From Klebsiella phage KP13-2, in sequence record OP617742.1: a DNA stretch of 48,789 bases, one strand, 5' to 3'. Both the position numbers and the translations under genes were made by a program. Below the pieces are notes generated by a model. It ran no database searches and was not told where the DNA came from. It saw nothing but the letters and a program-made list of their open reading frames with translations. Below, piece after piece: positions 1 to 9,129 of this stretch (positions are counted from its first letter, which is position 1; every line of letters starts with the position of its first letter).

Positions 1-949
1 GTGATTCAAATGCATAGCCATCCTGCATGGAAAAATCTGGTATGAACTTTGTGAAATTATTCGTTGGGTCACCCAAATAAGATTGTGCAATTCCACTCAT
101 TCGGAGATAAGGCGGAATTAGCATAGTTCTGGTGAAACGATACCGACCTGGTAGCATCAAATAGTATTTAACAGTTGCCCCACTAGAATCAGTATCAGAA
201 ACATTCCCTTGCCACACGAAATCAACACAAGCATTCATTGCGGCTTGCAATGCATCAGAATCGTCAGCAACACCATCGCCAACAGCACCAAACATTTCTG
301 GCGTTACCCATTTAATAGCGTCATCTAGTGTTCCGCCATCAGGCAAGCCAATCTTGCTGGCCCCAGAAGGTTGAGCAAGAACCACCAGCGTTGACTGTTC
401 GCCAGCATCATTGATGATCTGCTGCGTCTGTTCTCTTGCAGTCTCCGCTGCAACCTCTGAATTTTTTGCCGCGTTTTCAGACGCTTTGGCGTTGGTCTCT
501 GAAGTTTTTGCGGAGCTTTCAGACGCCGCCGCAGCCGTAGCGCTTGCTTCCGCGGATTCAGAGTCTTCCTTAATTTGGTTAGCAATATTTTGCAGGGAAT
601 CGAAATCAAAGTTCTTAAAGAACTCGACCGCATCCGCAATTACGGTTTCTTGCGACTGATAGTAGCGCAAGGTTTCCGCAACATCTTGCGCCAGACCATC
701 AACGGTCAGCGAGTCGCTTAACAGTATCGCGTAGTCAGTAGACGCTACGACAGCGCCGTTTGTGGTGATGGCTTTAATTTCAGTGTCGCTTACCACCTTG
801 TTTACGACTGCCATTTGAATTGGAGACGACAAAAACATAATAGTAGCGCCTGGGCGAATCAGCGAAAGCGATGATTGCCACTTTGTGCCAGTCCCGGTAA
901 CTGTTCCGTCTGCGGCCATAGCCGCCTTACCTTCTCTGTATAGTGCCAT
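1..949 (-). CDS. Tailspike/tail fibre protein, N-terminal part with pectate-lyase-type beta-helix start; truncated by window edge
   Basis: Open frame read manually (absent from the ORF track because it runs off the window): [24 protein letters not shown]..., Ala-rich coiled region, then [22 protein letters not shown], typical of pectate-lyase-superfamily phage tailspikes. Confidence 0.85.
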   Translation of the reverse strand, partial: MALYREGKAAMAADGTVTGTGTKWQSSLSLIRPGATIMFLSSPIQMAVVNKVVSDTEIKAITTNGAVVASTDYAILLSDSLTVDGLAQDVAETLRYYQSQETVIADAVEFFKNFDFDSLQNIANQIKEDSESAEASATAAAASESSAKTSETNAKASENAAKNSEVAAETAREQTQQIINDAGEQSTLVVLAQPSGASKIGLPDGGTLDDAIKWVTPEMFGAVGDGVADDSDALQAAMNACVDFVWQGNVSDTDSSGATVKYYLMLPGRYRFTRTMLIPPYLRMSGIAQSYLGDPTNNFTKFIPDFSMQDGYAFES

Positions 950-1001
950 GCCTTTAGTCCTCTATGGTTGGTTGAGTAACGCAGATAATAGCATCAATGA
1001 A

Positions 1002-1032
1002 CAGAAAAAAAAAGGAGCTTTTCGGCTCCTTT
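1002..1032 (-). terminator. Rho-independent terminator downstream of SSB operon
   Basis: Minus strand AAAGGAGC-CGAAAA-GCTCCTTT followed by a T tract. Confidence 0.75.
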
Positions 1033-1042
1033 AGTTGTTAAA

Positions 1043-1513
1043 TCAGAACGGGATATCATCATCGAAATCCATTCCAGAATTCCCGCCGCCGTTTTGCGGT
1101 TTAGGATCTTGCTGCGGCTTCTGTTGTTGAGGCTGGCCCCAACCGCCTTGCTGATTACCGCCGCCGCTTTGCGCTGGTTCGCGCTGGCTAAATTCGAGTT
1201 GTGGCATAATCATTTCGTTGTGGCTGTAGGTCGTTCCGTTGTGCTCGCGGTTAACGATCTGAAGCGTCCGGCAGGTGACGCTAATCACCTTATCCATTTG
1301 CAGCGCTTCATCGTACCATTTGATCATGTTCTCTTTTGCAAAGAAGACGGCGCGGTAGTTCGTGTAAACTGTTTCGTCCTCGCCATCACGATTGCGGATC
1401 TTCATCCGCTCCGACAGGTCTACGGCGTACATCTTCCACGGCCCGTTATTATTGCTGCCTTCCTTGATGTACGGTTCTTTTCGGATTACACCTGTTACAA
1501 CATGCATTGTCAT
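1043..1513 (-). CDS. ssb: Single-stranded DNA-binding protein
   Basis: OB-fold SSB-like N-terminus, Gly/Gln-rich linker, acidic tip ...DFDDDIPF. Confidence 0.92.
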   Translation of the reverse strand: MTMHVVTGVIRKEPYIKEGSNNNGPWKMYAVDLSERMKIRNRDGEDETVYTNYRAVFFAKENMIKWYDEALQMDKVISVTCRTLQIVNREHNGTTYSHNEMIMPQLEFSQREPAQSGGGNQQGGWGQPQQQKPQQDPKPQNGGGNSGMDFDDDIPF

Positions 1514-1543
1514 TCCTATGGGGCGGTTTCCCGCCCGGTTAAA

Positions 1544-2200
1544 TTAGTTGAAAGATGAAATATCTTGTGCTTCTGGTTCAGGTTTTGATTCTACCTTTTC
1601 CGGCTCACGTTTCGCAACCTCTTGCGGTTTACCAGGATTGAAGCCATTTGCCGGGGTTACTTTCAGTTCCGCCTGGCGTTTGGTGATATCGTCTTCCGTC
1701 ATTTTCCATTCCGCAGGCGTTAACGTTTGTTTCGCCATCTTATAGATCTCCCGAAGCGATTCGAGATCTTCGCACGCGTCAATGCGTTTTTTGAAGTCTT
1801 TCGGTGTCATTTTAGTAATTTCTGCATCATCATCCGCCTGCTTGATACCGAGCGCTGCGGCCAGCGCATAACGGCGGGCGTAAGATGTTGTTGAGCCGTA
1901 TGCTTGTTCGACGGTTTTGCTGATCGGCATATTGTACTGAAACGCCATGAACTCGCCGCTTTCATGCAAAAACATAGTTTCGAGGTGCATAACCTTTTCG
2001 GTGCTGGTATCCATCATGGATTGAATGACCATAATTTTATTCTTCTCCAGCGCCGGGGAAATCGCGTCGAGGATATCACCAAGATTCGCATAGGTGTTCC
2101 CAAGATGGTTGTTCTTCCCGCTTTTCTTCGCGGCCACGAAGCCAGATTTTGCTTTGATTAATGCGGCTGCAATGGTGGTGAATTTTTCAGATGTACGCAT
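1544..2200 (-). CDS. erf: ERF-family single-strand annealing protein
   Basis: FVAAKKSGKNNHLGNTYANLGDILDAISPALEKN...YGSTTSYARRYALAAALGIKQADDDA, ERF-family signature. Confidence 0.92.
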   Translation of the reverse strand: MRTSEKFTTIAAALIKAKSGFVAAKKSGKNNHLGNTYANLGDILDAISPALEKNKIMVIQSMMDTSTEKVMHLETMFLHESGEFMAFQYNMPISKTVEQAYGSTTSYARRYALAAALGIKQADDDAEITKMTPKDFKKRIDACEDLESLREIYKMAKQTLTPAEWKMTEDDITKRQAELKVTPANGFNPGKPQEVAKREPEKVESKPEPEAQDISSFN

Positions 2201-2259
2201 GATAAAGTTTCCTTTTCCTGATTGGTAATGCGCACTATATCACAAGTGCGCACCAGTGT

Positions 2260-3306
2260 TTAGCTATTTGTGCCGTATACGTCAGGGAACATGTATTTCA
2301 CAAACTGCGGAGTAGGCAAAACGACTTCCGCCGCGTTTGACTCATATGATGGCCATGAATCATGCTTCACGCATTCCGCATACTGATGAATCACGCTTTG
2401 ATACTGCTTGCGACCGATATCGATCTGCTGGCTGGTCAGGGTGAACGCCAGCGGAGCAAACGGTGATTTTTTCTCCTGCGTTAGCAGTCTGACAACTACC
2501 GGGCGTTTTTCGTTGTAAGTCTTCACGAACAGATCGCGCTGCAATGCCATCTTGAGATAGTAACCAAGGTTGAAGGCGAGTCGCCCGAAATCGTCAGGCT
2601 TGGAAGATTGCGTGGTTTTGTAGTCGGTAATCACCACGACCTCGAAAACCTCATCCGGGTTGAACCCCCACTCCTTGATTAGTTCTGGATCGGAAACAAC
2701 ATCAACATGATCGAGTCGAACCTTAACCTTGACGCCGAAGATCTCACCGAAGATTGACAATTCACGCTGTGCGCTAGGCGATTCGATACAGGCGGCGTGT
2801 CGCGGGTTGGCCAGCATCACGCTGCGCATTTGAACAACGGCATCGAAATCAACATCCTTAACCAGCTTGCGCCCGGAGTTCATCGCGGCGCTTTCGTCGC
2901 AAAGTTCAATCGCCCACCAAACATTTACGTCAATCCCGGCGCGATATGCCATTTCCAGAAGTTCCGGGTAATCCTTGTTGGACGTCCCAATCAGGCCACA
3001 CGCTTTCAGCTTCGCAGACAATTCCGACTTCGACGTAATCAGATCTTTAACCTCGCCCGGAGAAGTCGCCCGCATGTACTCGCCATTAAATTTTGCTGTC
3101 TCAAGCATACAGGTATGCGAGCAAGTGCCGAACGACAGCGCGGCAGTTTCCTCGCGAACCTTGAATTTCCAATGCGCCGGGGATGTTGCGTAAATCTCGC
3201 CGAGGCTTGAGCCGCTAACGTATTCCGCGCACCAGGAGTTAGGATCGTGATATTGCTCGTTGGTCAATTCACTGTTTGTGTATGCCCTGAAAATTGCTTC
3301 AGACAT
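2260..3306 (-). CDS. PD-(D/E)XK exonuclease, RecE/DUF3799-like
   Basis: SGSSLGEIYATSPAHWKF...ALSFGTCSHTCMLE...VVITDYKTTQSS; located next to Erf and SSB. Confidence 0.8.
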   Translation of the reverse strand: MSEAIFRAYTNSELTNEQYHDPNSWCAEYVSGSSLGEIYATSPAHWKFKVREETAALSFGTCSHTCMLETAKFNGEYMRATSPGEVKDLITSKSELSAKLKACGLIGTSNKDYPELLEMAYRAGIDVNVWWAIELCDESAAMNSGRKLVKDVDFDAVVQMRSVMLANPRHAACIESPSAQRELSIFGEIFGVKVKVRLDHVDVVSDPELIKEWGFNPDEVFEVVVITDYKTTQSSKPDDFGRLAFNLGYYLKMALQRDLFVKTYNEKRPVVVRLLTQEKKSPFAPLAFTLTSQQIDIGRKQYQSVIHQYAECVKHDSWPSYESNAAEVVLPTPQFVKYMFPDVYGTNS

Positions 3307-3403
3307 TGGTATTGCTCCGTTTGTTGTTTCGTTGCGTTAAGTATACGCATGACGTTTTCAGGTGCAAGGCAAAAAGTGCTATTCGCAATTGGTCAAAAAA
3401 TGA

Positions 3404-3441
3404 GCGAAATTTACGTAAGATTTAGTAAGATGCATCTTACT
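3404..3441. promoter_or_regulatory. Operator-like cluster containing an 18-bp perfect palindrome
   Basis: GCGAAATTTACGTAAGATT (3404..3422; exact copy at 3667..3685) and AGTAAGATGCATCTTACT (3424..3441, perfect palindrome). Confidence 0.7.
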
Positions 3442-3564
3442 TGATTTTCTCCATATATTTCATTGAGTTAAAGCAAATCGGTAAGATGGTAATATCCCCA
3501 TAGGTAAATATTCATGAAAAATCTGGCGCGGAATCCAGAGAAAAAATACACGTACCCCGGAGAA

Positions 3565-3684
3565 ATCTTACCAAGATTGATAGATATAGATAGAGTAATA
3601 ATAATAATATTATTATTTATCATATACTTACTATCTATATATTGCGGATAATTGGTTAAATTTTGCGCGAAATTTACGTAAGAT
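3565..3684 (-). repeat. Copy A of 120-bp AT-rich element bounded by inverted GTAAGAT sites
   Basis: Reverse complement aligns with 19235..19353: ATCTTAC..AAAT..CGCGCAAAA...GTAAGTATAT...TATTATTATTAT...TATATCTAT...GGTAAGATTT.TCCG. Confidence 0.8.
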
Positions 3685-3752
3685 TCATCTTACTAAATCT
3701 TACCTAAAGTGGTTCGATCAGTTGTAAGCCACTGAATTTCATGCATAAAAAA

Positions 3753-3781
3753 AGGTAAGACTGATTTTCTCAATCTTACCT
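3753..3781 (-). terminator. Terminator downstream of primase whose stem uses the GGTAAGA/TCTTACC motif
   Basis: Minus strand AGGTAAGA-ttgagaaaatcag-TCTTACCT followed by TTTTTT. Confidence 0.65.
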
Positions 3782-3801
3782 AAATTCTGGTCAATATTTA
3801 A

Positions 3802-4761
3802 TCAGAGAAGTGATGATGCCTTGTATAACTTACGCTCAAAGCCGAGCTTGAAGTTGTCACCGTTCGGAACGATAACCTTTAGATCCCGATCGTCGGCAGC
3901 CGCCAGCATATCCCGATCTCCACGACGGCAAACTACCCGCATTTCTCGCTTACCTTCTCCGCCCTTGCCTTTATATCGGTAGGCCACGATCTCGACGTTT
4001 GAAGGTATGACGCAGGCCCAAACGTCGCACTTGAACGAACTGGCAATATTGAAGTGCATCGCCTCAATCCAGGATCGAGCAAGGTAAATCGGCCCGTCAC
4101 CATCGTCGCTCTGATTGGTCACTATCACCGATCCGAAGGTCAGATCTCCAGCTAACATCTTCTCCCTGCCTTCTTCATCAATGAACAGTATATTGCAATA
4201 CTCATCATCCAGCCCATCTTCATGCACGAGTTGCATCGGTAGCGCGTGAATTAGCTCCTGTCTGCCGTTCTCGTGAGTTTTTACGCCAACCTGATATGAT
4301 TTGATATGCTCATTTTCAATGCCCTCATAGAGCGTTACAGGCGTGCTATCGACGGCCTCCGTTCTGTTTAAAACTGCCAGCACTCTTTCATGATCTGCCA
4401 TCTTTCCGTAGTCATACCCGTTATCACGAGCTACCTGCTTGTTTCTCTTGACTACGTATTCTTGCGAAACCTTTCCGAGATAGCGCCCAAGAATGTTGAT
4501 GCACTCGCTATACGGCTGGCCGCTTAACTTCATTAACCAGCCGATCCCCTTATCAGCACCGCAGCCGCCACAGTATGCTCCGCCGTCGCCGCGCGTTTCT
4601 AACTTGTCAGTCCAGCGGAATCGGTCTTTTCCGCCGCAGTTCGGGCAGTCCTGGTGCTTGCCGTTGAAGTATCGAGAGTGGATGCCGCAAATGTTCTGCA
4701 ACGCTTCGCGCCACATGCCAGACATGTACGGCAAAACCTCTTTTTCATCGTAAAAATCCAC
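3802..4761 (-). CDS. DNA primase, zinc-finger plus Toprim-like (P4 alpha N-terminal type)
   Basis: CPNCGGKDRFRW...GGAYCGGCGADKGIGWLMKLSG zinc-binding motif and a long C-terminal region. Confidence 0.82.
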   Translation of the reverse strand: MDFYDEKEVLPYMSGMWREALQNICGIHSRYFNGKHQDCPNCGGKDRFRWTDKLETRGDGGAYCGGCGADKGIGWLMKLSGQPYSECINILGRYLGKVSQEYVVKRNKQVARDNGYDYGKMADHERVLAVLNRTEAVDSTPVTLYEGIENEHIKSYQVGVKTHENGRQELIHALPMQLVHEDGLDDEYCNILFIDEEGREKMLAGDLTFGSVIVTNQSDDGDGPIYLARSWIEAMHFNIASSFKCDVWACVIPSNVEIVAYRYKGKGGEGKREMRVVCRRGDRDMLAAADDRDLKVIVPNGDNFKLGFERKLYKASSLL

Positions 4762-4836
4762 GTCGTTACCTCCAAATAAAAAAAGCCCACACGAGAATGA
4801 TAACCCGGCAGGCGTTTAGTGTTTAGACAAATTGTG

Positions 4837-5238
4837 CTATCGGACTACGCGGAGCATTTCGCGGCGGTCGCATCGGCGCGTCACTGGCTTGCCGTTGCTG
4901 TCAAACCTTAAATCTGGTCGGCAGAATGAGGCGCGGAAACCTTTGCAATTGTTCCGGCGGTAGCTCTTGTGTACGAGATAAGCGCCATCGGCTGAGATCA
5001 TGCCGCGCTTCCGCCACTGCTGAACAACCTGGATGCTAACCCCCAACTCTTTTGCCGTTCCAGCGATGCCACCGAAGGCATCAATAACAAGCTCCATCCG
5101 CGCAGTCAACCCGGCGCGAACCTCATCCTTCAGCACGTAGTAACCAGTCGGTCGCTTGCGTTTCTTCTTATCCTTCCCGCGAGATGTTCCGTTATTGCCG
5201 TTCAAGGTTCGCTTATCAATCTTTGCCATTTGTTCCAT
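4837..5238 (-). CDS. Small basic protein with Cro/YdaS-like HTH
   Basis: IDAFGGIAGTAKELGVSIQVVQQWRKRGMISADGAYLVHK resembles Cro/YdaS-like HTH. Confidence 0.55.
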   Translation of the reverse strand: MEQMAKIDKRTLNGNNGTSRGKDKKKRKRPTGYYVLKDEVRAGLTARMELVIDAFGGIAGTAKELGVSIQVVQQWRKRGMISADGAYLVHKSYRRNNCKGFRASFCRPDLRFDSNGKPVTRRCDRREMLRVVR

Positions 5239-5251
5239 AATTTAACCCTCA

Positions 5252-5294
5252 TAGCATTTTTTTGTTAAACCTGATAAAATGTTCCCTGTATTAT
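5252..5294 (+). promoter_or_regulatory. Composite promoter, box plus -10
   Basis: TAGCATTTTTTTGTTAAAC (5252..5270), TATTAT at 5289..5294 (+37), start codon at 5331. Confidence 0.65.
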
Positions 5295-5330
5295 ACACGC
5301 AACCATGCGAATGACAAATTAGGATTGCCC

Positions 5331-7367
5331 ATGCTCACAATTGAACAACAAATTGAAGCCTACGCAGACAAGATTCCGTTAATACAAAAGCGGTTCACCG
5401 TCGGAAATATCGTTCCTTACCCGTATCAGGCGGTTGCGTATATTGAGACCGCTAAGCGGATCGCAAAATATGAACATCCTTTTTACATTAAGGCTTCTGT
5501 TTCCGCAGGGAAAACCATCATGATCGCCATGCTCGCGGCGCAGTGCAAAGCAATGAACTTGCCCATGATGGTTCTTGCTCGCCAGGCCGAGATCGTGAAG
5601 CAGGATTCCGAGGAGATCAGTAACCTCGACGTTCCGAACTCCGTTTATTGCGCCGGGTTAGGCACGAAGGCCGCATACTTCCCGATCGTCGTCGGTTCTG
5701 AAGGTACGGTGGTTAATGGCCTGTTTAAAATGCTTGGCGACTACGCGCCTTCAGTTCTGGCCATTGACGAATGCCACCAGGTTGACTGGCAAGATTTGGC
5801 GGAGGCGATCGCCAACAATGAATCGTTCGAGTACATGAGCAGACCGAAGGATAAGCCGTATCGCGTGAACGGGGAACTGGTCGATGCAGACCACCCATAC
5901 GACGAAAAATTCGACGACGTGGAATTCGGCGGCGGGCGCACTCAATACACCATCGTAATCATTGAGTTAATGCGCCGTTGCCTTAAGAAGACGGGGCGCG
6001 AGCTTCGCATTGTTGGCTATACGGGTTCGGAGTTTCGCGGCGTCATTCCGATCTTACAGGAAGACAAGAGCCAGCCGGGTTTCTGGCGCGAGCAGATCAC
6101 CGACATTAACACAAACTATCTTGTCGAGTTCGGATCGGTTGTTCCCACCATTTTCGGCGATACCGAGGCAGATGGGTTGGGGTATGATCTTTCAGAATTC
6201 CACGGCTCCAGTCAGGACGGTACGCAGGATTTTAGCGCGGAAGACTTGCGCAAGATGGAGAAGAAAATCCATGAATCCGGCGAAATGACGAAGCTGATTA
6301 TGCAAAAGGTCATGGAGCGTGCGAAAACACGAAATGGCGTTCTGATAACTTGCGCTGGACAGCGGCATTGCAAGGAGGCAGCGAGTTATCTACCTCCGGA
6401 CGCAACATACGCGATCATCACCGAGAAGACCAACTCAAAGAAACGCGGCGAGATTTTGGATAAGGCGAATCGCGGGGAGATTAAATACATCTTCCAGGTG
6501 ATGGCCCTTACTACTGGCGTTAACGTTCCGTTTTGGGATTTTTCGGTGATATTGCGCAAGATCGGATCTCTTACGTTGCTTATTCAGCTTTTGGGGCGCG
6601 GTATGCGACTTCTGAAGGACTGGCAAAAACAGCCACCTTACTCGTGGGTGAAGGAAGACCATTTAGTTTGGGATTTCGCCGGGACTATGGACGATTTGGG
6701 CCAGCTATATTTCGATCCGATTCTTGAGCAGGCGCAATACCAAAGACGCAAGAGCAGCAAGAACGGCCCCAAAATTTGCCCGGTATGCAAGGGAGAAAAT
6801 AGCGAGTACGCCCGCCGATGCATTCATAAGGACAGTAACGGCAATCGGTGCGAATACTTCTGGATCTCGCAGAGGTGCGAAGACCAGAAAGACACGCGAA
6901 CAGGGAAGATTAAAATCAAGGGGTGTTACGCTGAAAACGATATTGTTGCCCGCCAGTGCAGATGCTGCGGCGTTCAGCTTAAAGATCCCAACGACAATCT
7001 CACCGGGAAGCACTATACGCAGAATGACTGGTATGATGTTGTCGGGTTCGATATCGGCTTGACTCGCAATCAGTCCGGGATCATCTTCAATTACGTGTTA
7101 CTGAACCATGACGGCGAGCGATTCACCGCAAGGGAAAAGTTCTTCCCGGAATCAGAGAATCAGATTTGCGGCAAGTTGTGGCGGCAAAAGGCAGTCTTCC
7201 AGCACGTTAGCGACGCGGTAATGCGAGGCAAGTTGGGTGGCATGAAAAACGCCCGCAAGATCCTGGAGTATGCGGAATACTTCCGCGCTCCGAAGCGTGT
7301 AACGCATCGCATCAACGGCAAGAAGGAGGACATTATTTCCCGCAAAGACTTTGGAGGCGAGGAGTGA
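5331..7367 (+). CDS. DEAD/DEAH superfamily 2 helicase with C-terminal zinc-ribbon motifs
   Basis: KASVSAGKTIMIAMLAAQ (Walker A), LAIDECHQ (motif II), LLGRGMR; CPVCKG...C...CRCCG motifs. ATG 5331 preferred over ORF-track start 5262 because the latter lies inside the promoter. Confidence 0.88.
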   Translation: MLTIEQQIEAYADKIPLIQKRFTVGNIVPYPYQAVAYIETAKRIAKYEHPFYIKASVSAGKTIMIAMLAAQCKAMNLPMMVLARQAEIVKQDSEEISNLDVPNSVYCAGLGTKAAYFPIVVGSEGTVVNGLFKMLGDYAPSVLAIDECHQVDWQDLAEAIANNESFEYMSRPKDKPYRVNGELVDADHPYDEKFDDVEFGGGRTQYTIVIIELMRRCLKKTGRELRIVGYTGSEFRGVIPILQEDKSQPGFWREQITDINTNYLVEFGSVVPTIFGDTEADGLGYDLSEFHGSSQDGTQDFSAEDLRKMEKKIHESGEMTKLIMQKVMERAKTRNGVLITCAGQRHCKEAASYLPPDATYAIITEKTNSKKRGEILDKANRGEIKYIFQVMALTTGVNVPFWDFSVILRKIGSLTLLIQLLGRGMRLLKDWQKQPPYSWVKEDHLVWDFAGTMDDLGQLYFDPILEQAQYQRRKSSKNGPKICPVCKGENSEYARRCIHKDSNGNRCEYFWISQRCEDQKDTRTGKIKIKGCYAENDIVARQCRCCGVQLKDPNDNLTGKHYTQNDWYDVVGFDIGLTRNQSGIIFNYVLLNHDGERFTAREKFFPESENQICGKLWRQKAVFQHVSDAVMRGKLGGMKNARKILEYAEYFRAPKRVTHRINGKKEDIISRKDFGGEE

Positions 7368-7771
7368 TTACAGATAAAGGGGATTACCTCGAATATTACG
7401 GCGGGCCTGTAAAGGCTTGCCCACTTGAGAAAATAGACCAGATGAACAGCGTTTCGTGGCTGCGGCATGAATACTCTGATTATCTGTTTTGGCATACGGT
7501 TAACGAAGGGAGCAAGCATAAAGCGAGCGCGGTTATCGATCATCAAATGGGGTTGCTGAAGGGTGTTAGCGACATTCTGATCCTGATTGGGTTCGGTGGC
7601 AAATACCCGTTCGCAGCCATTGAGCTAAAGCGCCAGGGTAAGGCGCAGGCGTCGCCAGTGAGCAAGGAGCAAAGGGAATTCCTTGCTGCCGTCCGGCGTC
7701 GCGGAGGATTCGCCGCCGTGGCCTATGGCTTCGAGCAATTCAAGATCGCTTTCTGCGATGCCATAAAATAG
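7364..7771 (+). CDS. VRR-NUC domain nuclease
   Basis: GLLKGVSDILILIGFGGKYPFAAIELKRQGKAQASPVSKEQREFLAAVRRRGGFAAVAYG, classic VRR-NUC core. Confidence 0.88.
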   Translation: MITDKGDYLEYYGGPVKACPLEKIDQMNSVSWLRHEYSDYLFWHTVNEGSKHKASAVIDHQMGLLKGVSDILILIGFGGKYPFAAIELKRQGKAQASPVSKEQREFLAAVRRRGGFAAVAYGFEQFKIAFCDAIK

Positions 7772-7811
7772 CACTTTTTGTTAAAACCGCCCGGCGAAAG
7801 CCTGGTATCAT
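7769..7811 (+). promoter_or_regulatory. Composite promoter; TAG of the box is the stop codon of the VRR-NUC gene
   Basis: TAGCACTTTTTGTTAAAAC (7769..7787), TGG-TATCAT at 7806..7811 (+37). Confidence 0.75.
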
Positions 7812-7844
7812 TTCACCATCGAAACAAATAACGGAGTGTTGAAA

Positions 7845-8123
7845 ATGAAAAAGATGCTGGCTTTAGTTGTTCTGTCTCTTGGTCTTATTGGTTGCAGCGA
7901 AAAACCAAAAACATATGATTGCGGTGGTGAAGCGTTTGAAGTAACTAGCAAATATATGAAAGTTGTCAGGGGTAAAAACTCTGGCGTTATAATTGATGGC
8001 GCTGGCGAAAATCAATATAAACTTCTTACTCCTTTTGGTTACGCTCATTATGTAGTCAACAAAAACACTATTGATGTTAGTGTGGGCGCTTTTCACAATA
8101 CCTTAACCTGCGAGGTTAAATAA
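7845..8123 (+). CDS. Small phage lipoprotein of unknown function
   Basis: MKKMLALVVLSLGLIGC signal with lipobox LIGC; track start 7836, ATG 7845 equally plausible. Confidence 0.7.
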   Translation: MKKMLALVVLSLGLIGCSEKPKTYDCGGEAFEVTSKYMKVVRGKNSGVIIDGAGENQYKLLTPFGYAHYVVNKNTIDVSVGAFHNTLTCEVK

Positions 8124-8125
8124 TA

Positions 8126-8857
8126 ATGGCAAAAGATATCGCAGACAAAGACACTCACGACGCATTCACCACGTTTGAACAGCTTGAACGTGAAACTTTT
8201 ATTGGCAATGCCCTTGCCACTGGCGGACACTATCAGGCTGTCAGGCCGGACAAGTTCTACCAGGTTACAGGCAACCGATACGCCGGGAGCAAAACGCCTG
8301 ATATCGTGCGCGATAAGTGGGCGACCGATCGCAGTCTGATCGCGTACATGGAAGAGCGCTATGGCCCTTATGATCTTGACGCAGCCGCAGACCAAAGCAA
8401 CGCAGTTTGCCCGAAGTTCTACGACGAAAAAACTGATTGTCTTAAACGCTGGTGGGGTAAAAACAAGCACGTTTGGCTTAATCCCCCGTATTCGTTTCCA
8501 GATCCGTTCATCCTCAAGGCCATTGAGCAAATGGAGCATGATAACCAGATCGACATTCTTCTACCCGGCGACAATTCTACGGCCTGGTTCCGTGACGCGC
8601 AGAAGATGGCCGCCGAGATTATCTGGATTGTTGCCGATGTTGAAGAGGATGATGACGGGAACCAGTTAAGCCGATCCGGTCGCCTGGCTTTCATCAACGG
8701 CCTAAGCGGGAAACCAGTCGACAACAACAACAAGGGCAGCGTGATTTTCATCATGCGAAAACTCAAGCCTGGAGAGGAGCAAAAGACGCTTTACATTCCG
8801 GTAAGCGAGATTTGCCCGTCATTAGCTAAAAAGCGTATGCGAAAACGTGGGGTTTAA
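8126..8857 (+). CDS. Phage DNA N-6-adenine methyltransferase (Dam type, NPPY motif)
   Basis: DLDAAADQSNAVCPKFY...WWGKNKHVWLNPPYSFPDPFILKAIEQ. Confidence 0.85.
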   Translation: MAKDIADKDTHDAFTTFEQLERETFIGNALATGGHYQAVRPDKFYQVTGNRYAGSKTPDIVRDKWATDRSLIAYMEERYGPYDLDAAADQSNAVCPKFYDEKTDCLKRWWGKNKHVWLNPPYSFPDPFILKAIEQMEHDNQIDILLPGDNSTAWFRDAQKMAAEIIWIVADVEEDDDGNQLSRSGRLAFINGLSGKPVDNNNKGSVIFIMRKLKPGEEQKTLYIPVSEICPSLAKKRMRKRGV

Positions 8858-9095
8858 AATGGAACAGATCGAGTCTTTTGCTGAATATCTCCGAATCGTT
8901 GTTGAGTTGCTTAATAAATATGGCTTCATCGGAACAGACGAGGAGAAGTTAGCCTTTGCTGATACTATTGACGGAACTTACATTGAGTTCATGGATAACG
9001 GAATCCAGATGGCTGACTGGCCCGCCATCCTTGAACGCGAGCTACTGGAATTCAGGTCGCACGAAGGCGCTGAGTATTTTGCAAAACAGCACTAA
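8847..9095 (+). CDS. Hypothetical protein
   Basis: Open frame overlapping the preceding stop; downstream promoter box overlaps its stop. Confidence 0.6.
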   Translation: MGFKMEQIESFAEYLRIVVELLNKYGFIGTDEEKLAFADTIDGTYIEFMDNGIQMADWPAILERELLEFRSHEGAEYFAKQH

Positions 9096-9129
9096 TTGCT
9101 AAACAATGCCCGCCTCGCGCGGGTATTAT
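9087..9129 (+). promoter_or_regulatory. Composite promoter
   Basis: CAGCACTAATTGCTAAAC (9087..9104), TATTAT at 9124..9129 (+37), ATG at 9160. Confidence 0.65.

Noticed and set aside
325-639. Antisense ORF of 104 aa (R/K/S-rich) overlapping the tailspike
   Set aside because: It is an alternative frame of a clearly protein-like tailspike sequence; low-complexity composition.
1094-1558. 154-aa plus-strand ORF antisense to ssb
   Set aside because: Overlaps a confident SSB gene fully; no RBS or recognisable features.
3601-3660. TA/ATT-rich run considered as a microsatellite artefact
   Set aside because: Its order and length are matched in the inverted copy at 19235..19353, so I treat it as part of an element rather than random low complexity.
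4837-5238. HTH protein as evidence for a lysogeny switch
   Set aside because: No integrase, CI/Cro pair, attachment site or excisionase was recognised; a temperate lifestyle is not supported by this alone.
5262-5330. N-terminal extension of the helicase in the ORF track
   Set aside because: It starts inside the promoter box and spans the predicted -10; ATG 5331 fits the fixed promoter-to-start distance.
8093-8539. 148-aa minus-strand ORF
   Set aside because: Antisense to the lipoprotein end and MTase start; the plus-strand genes are well supported.
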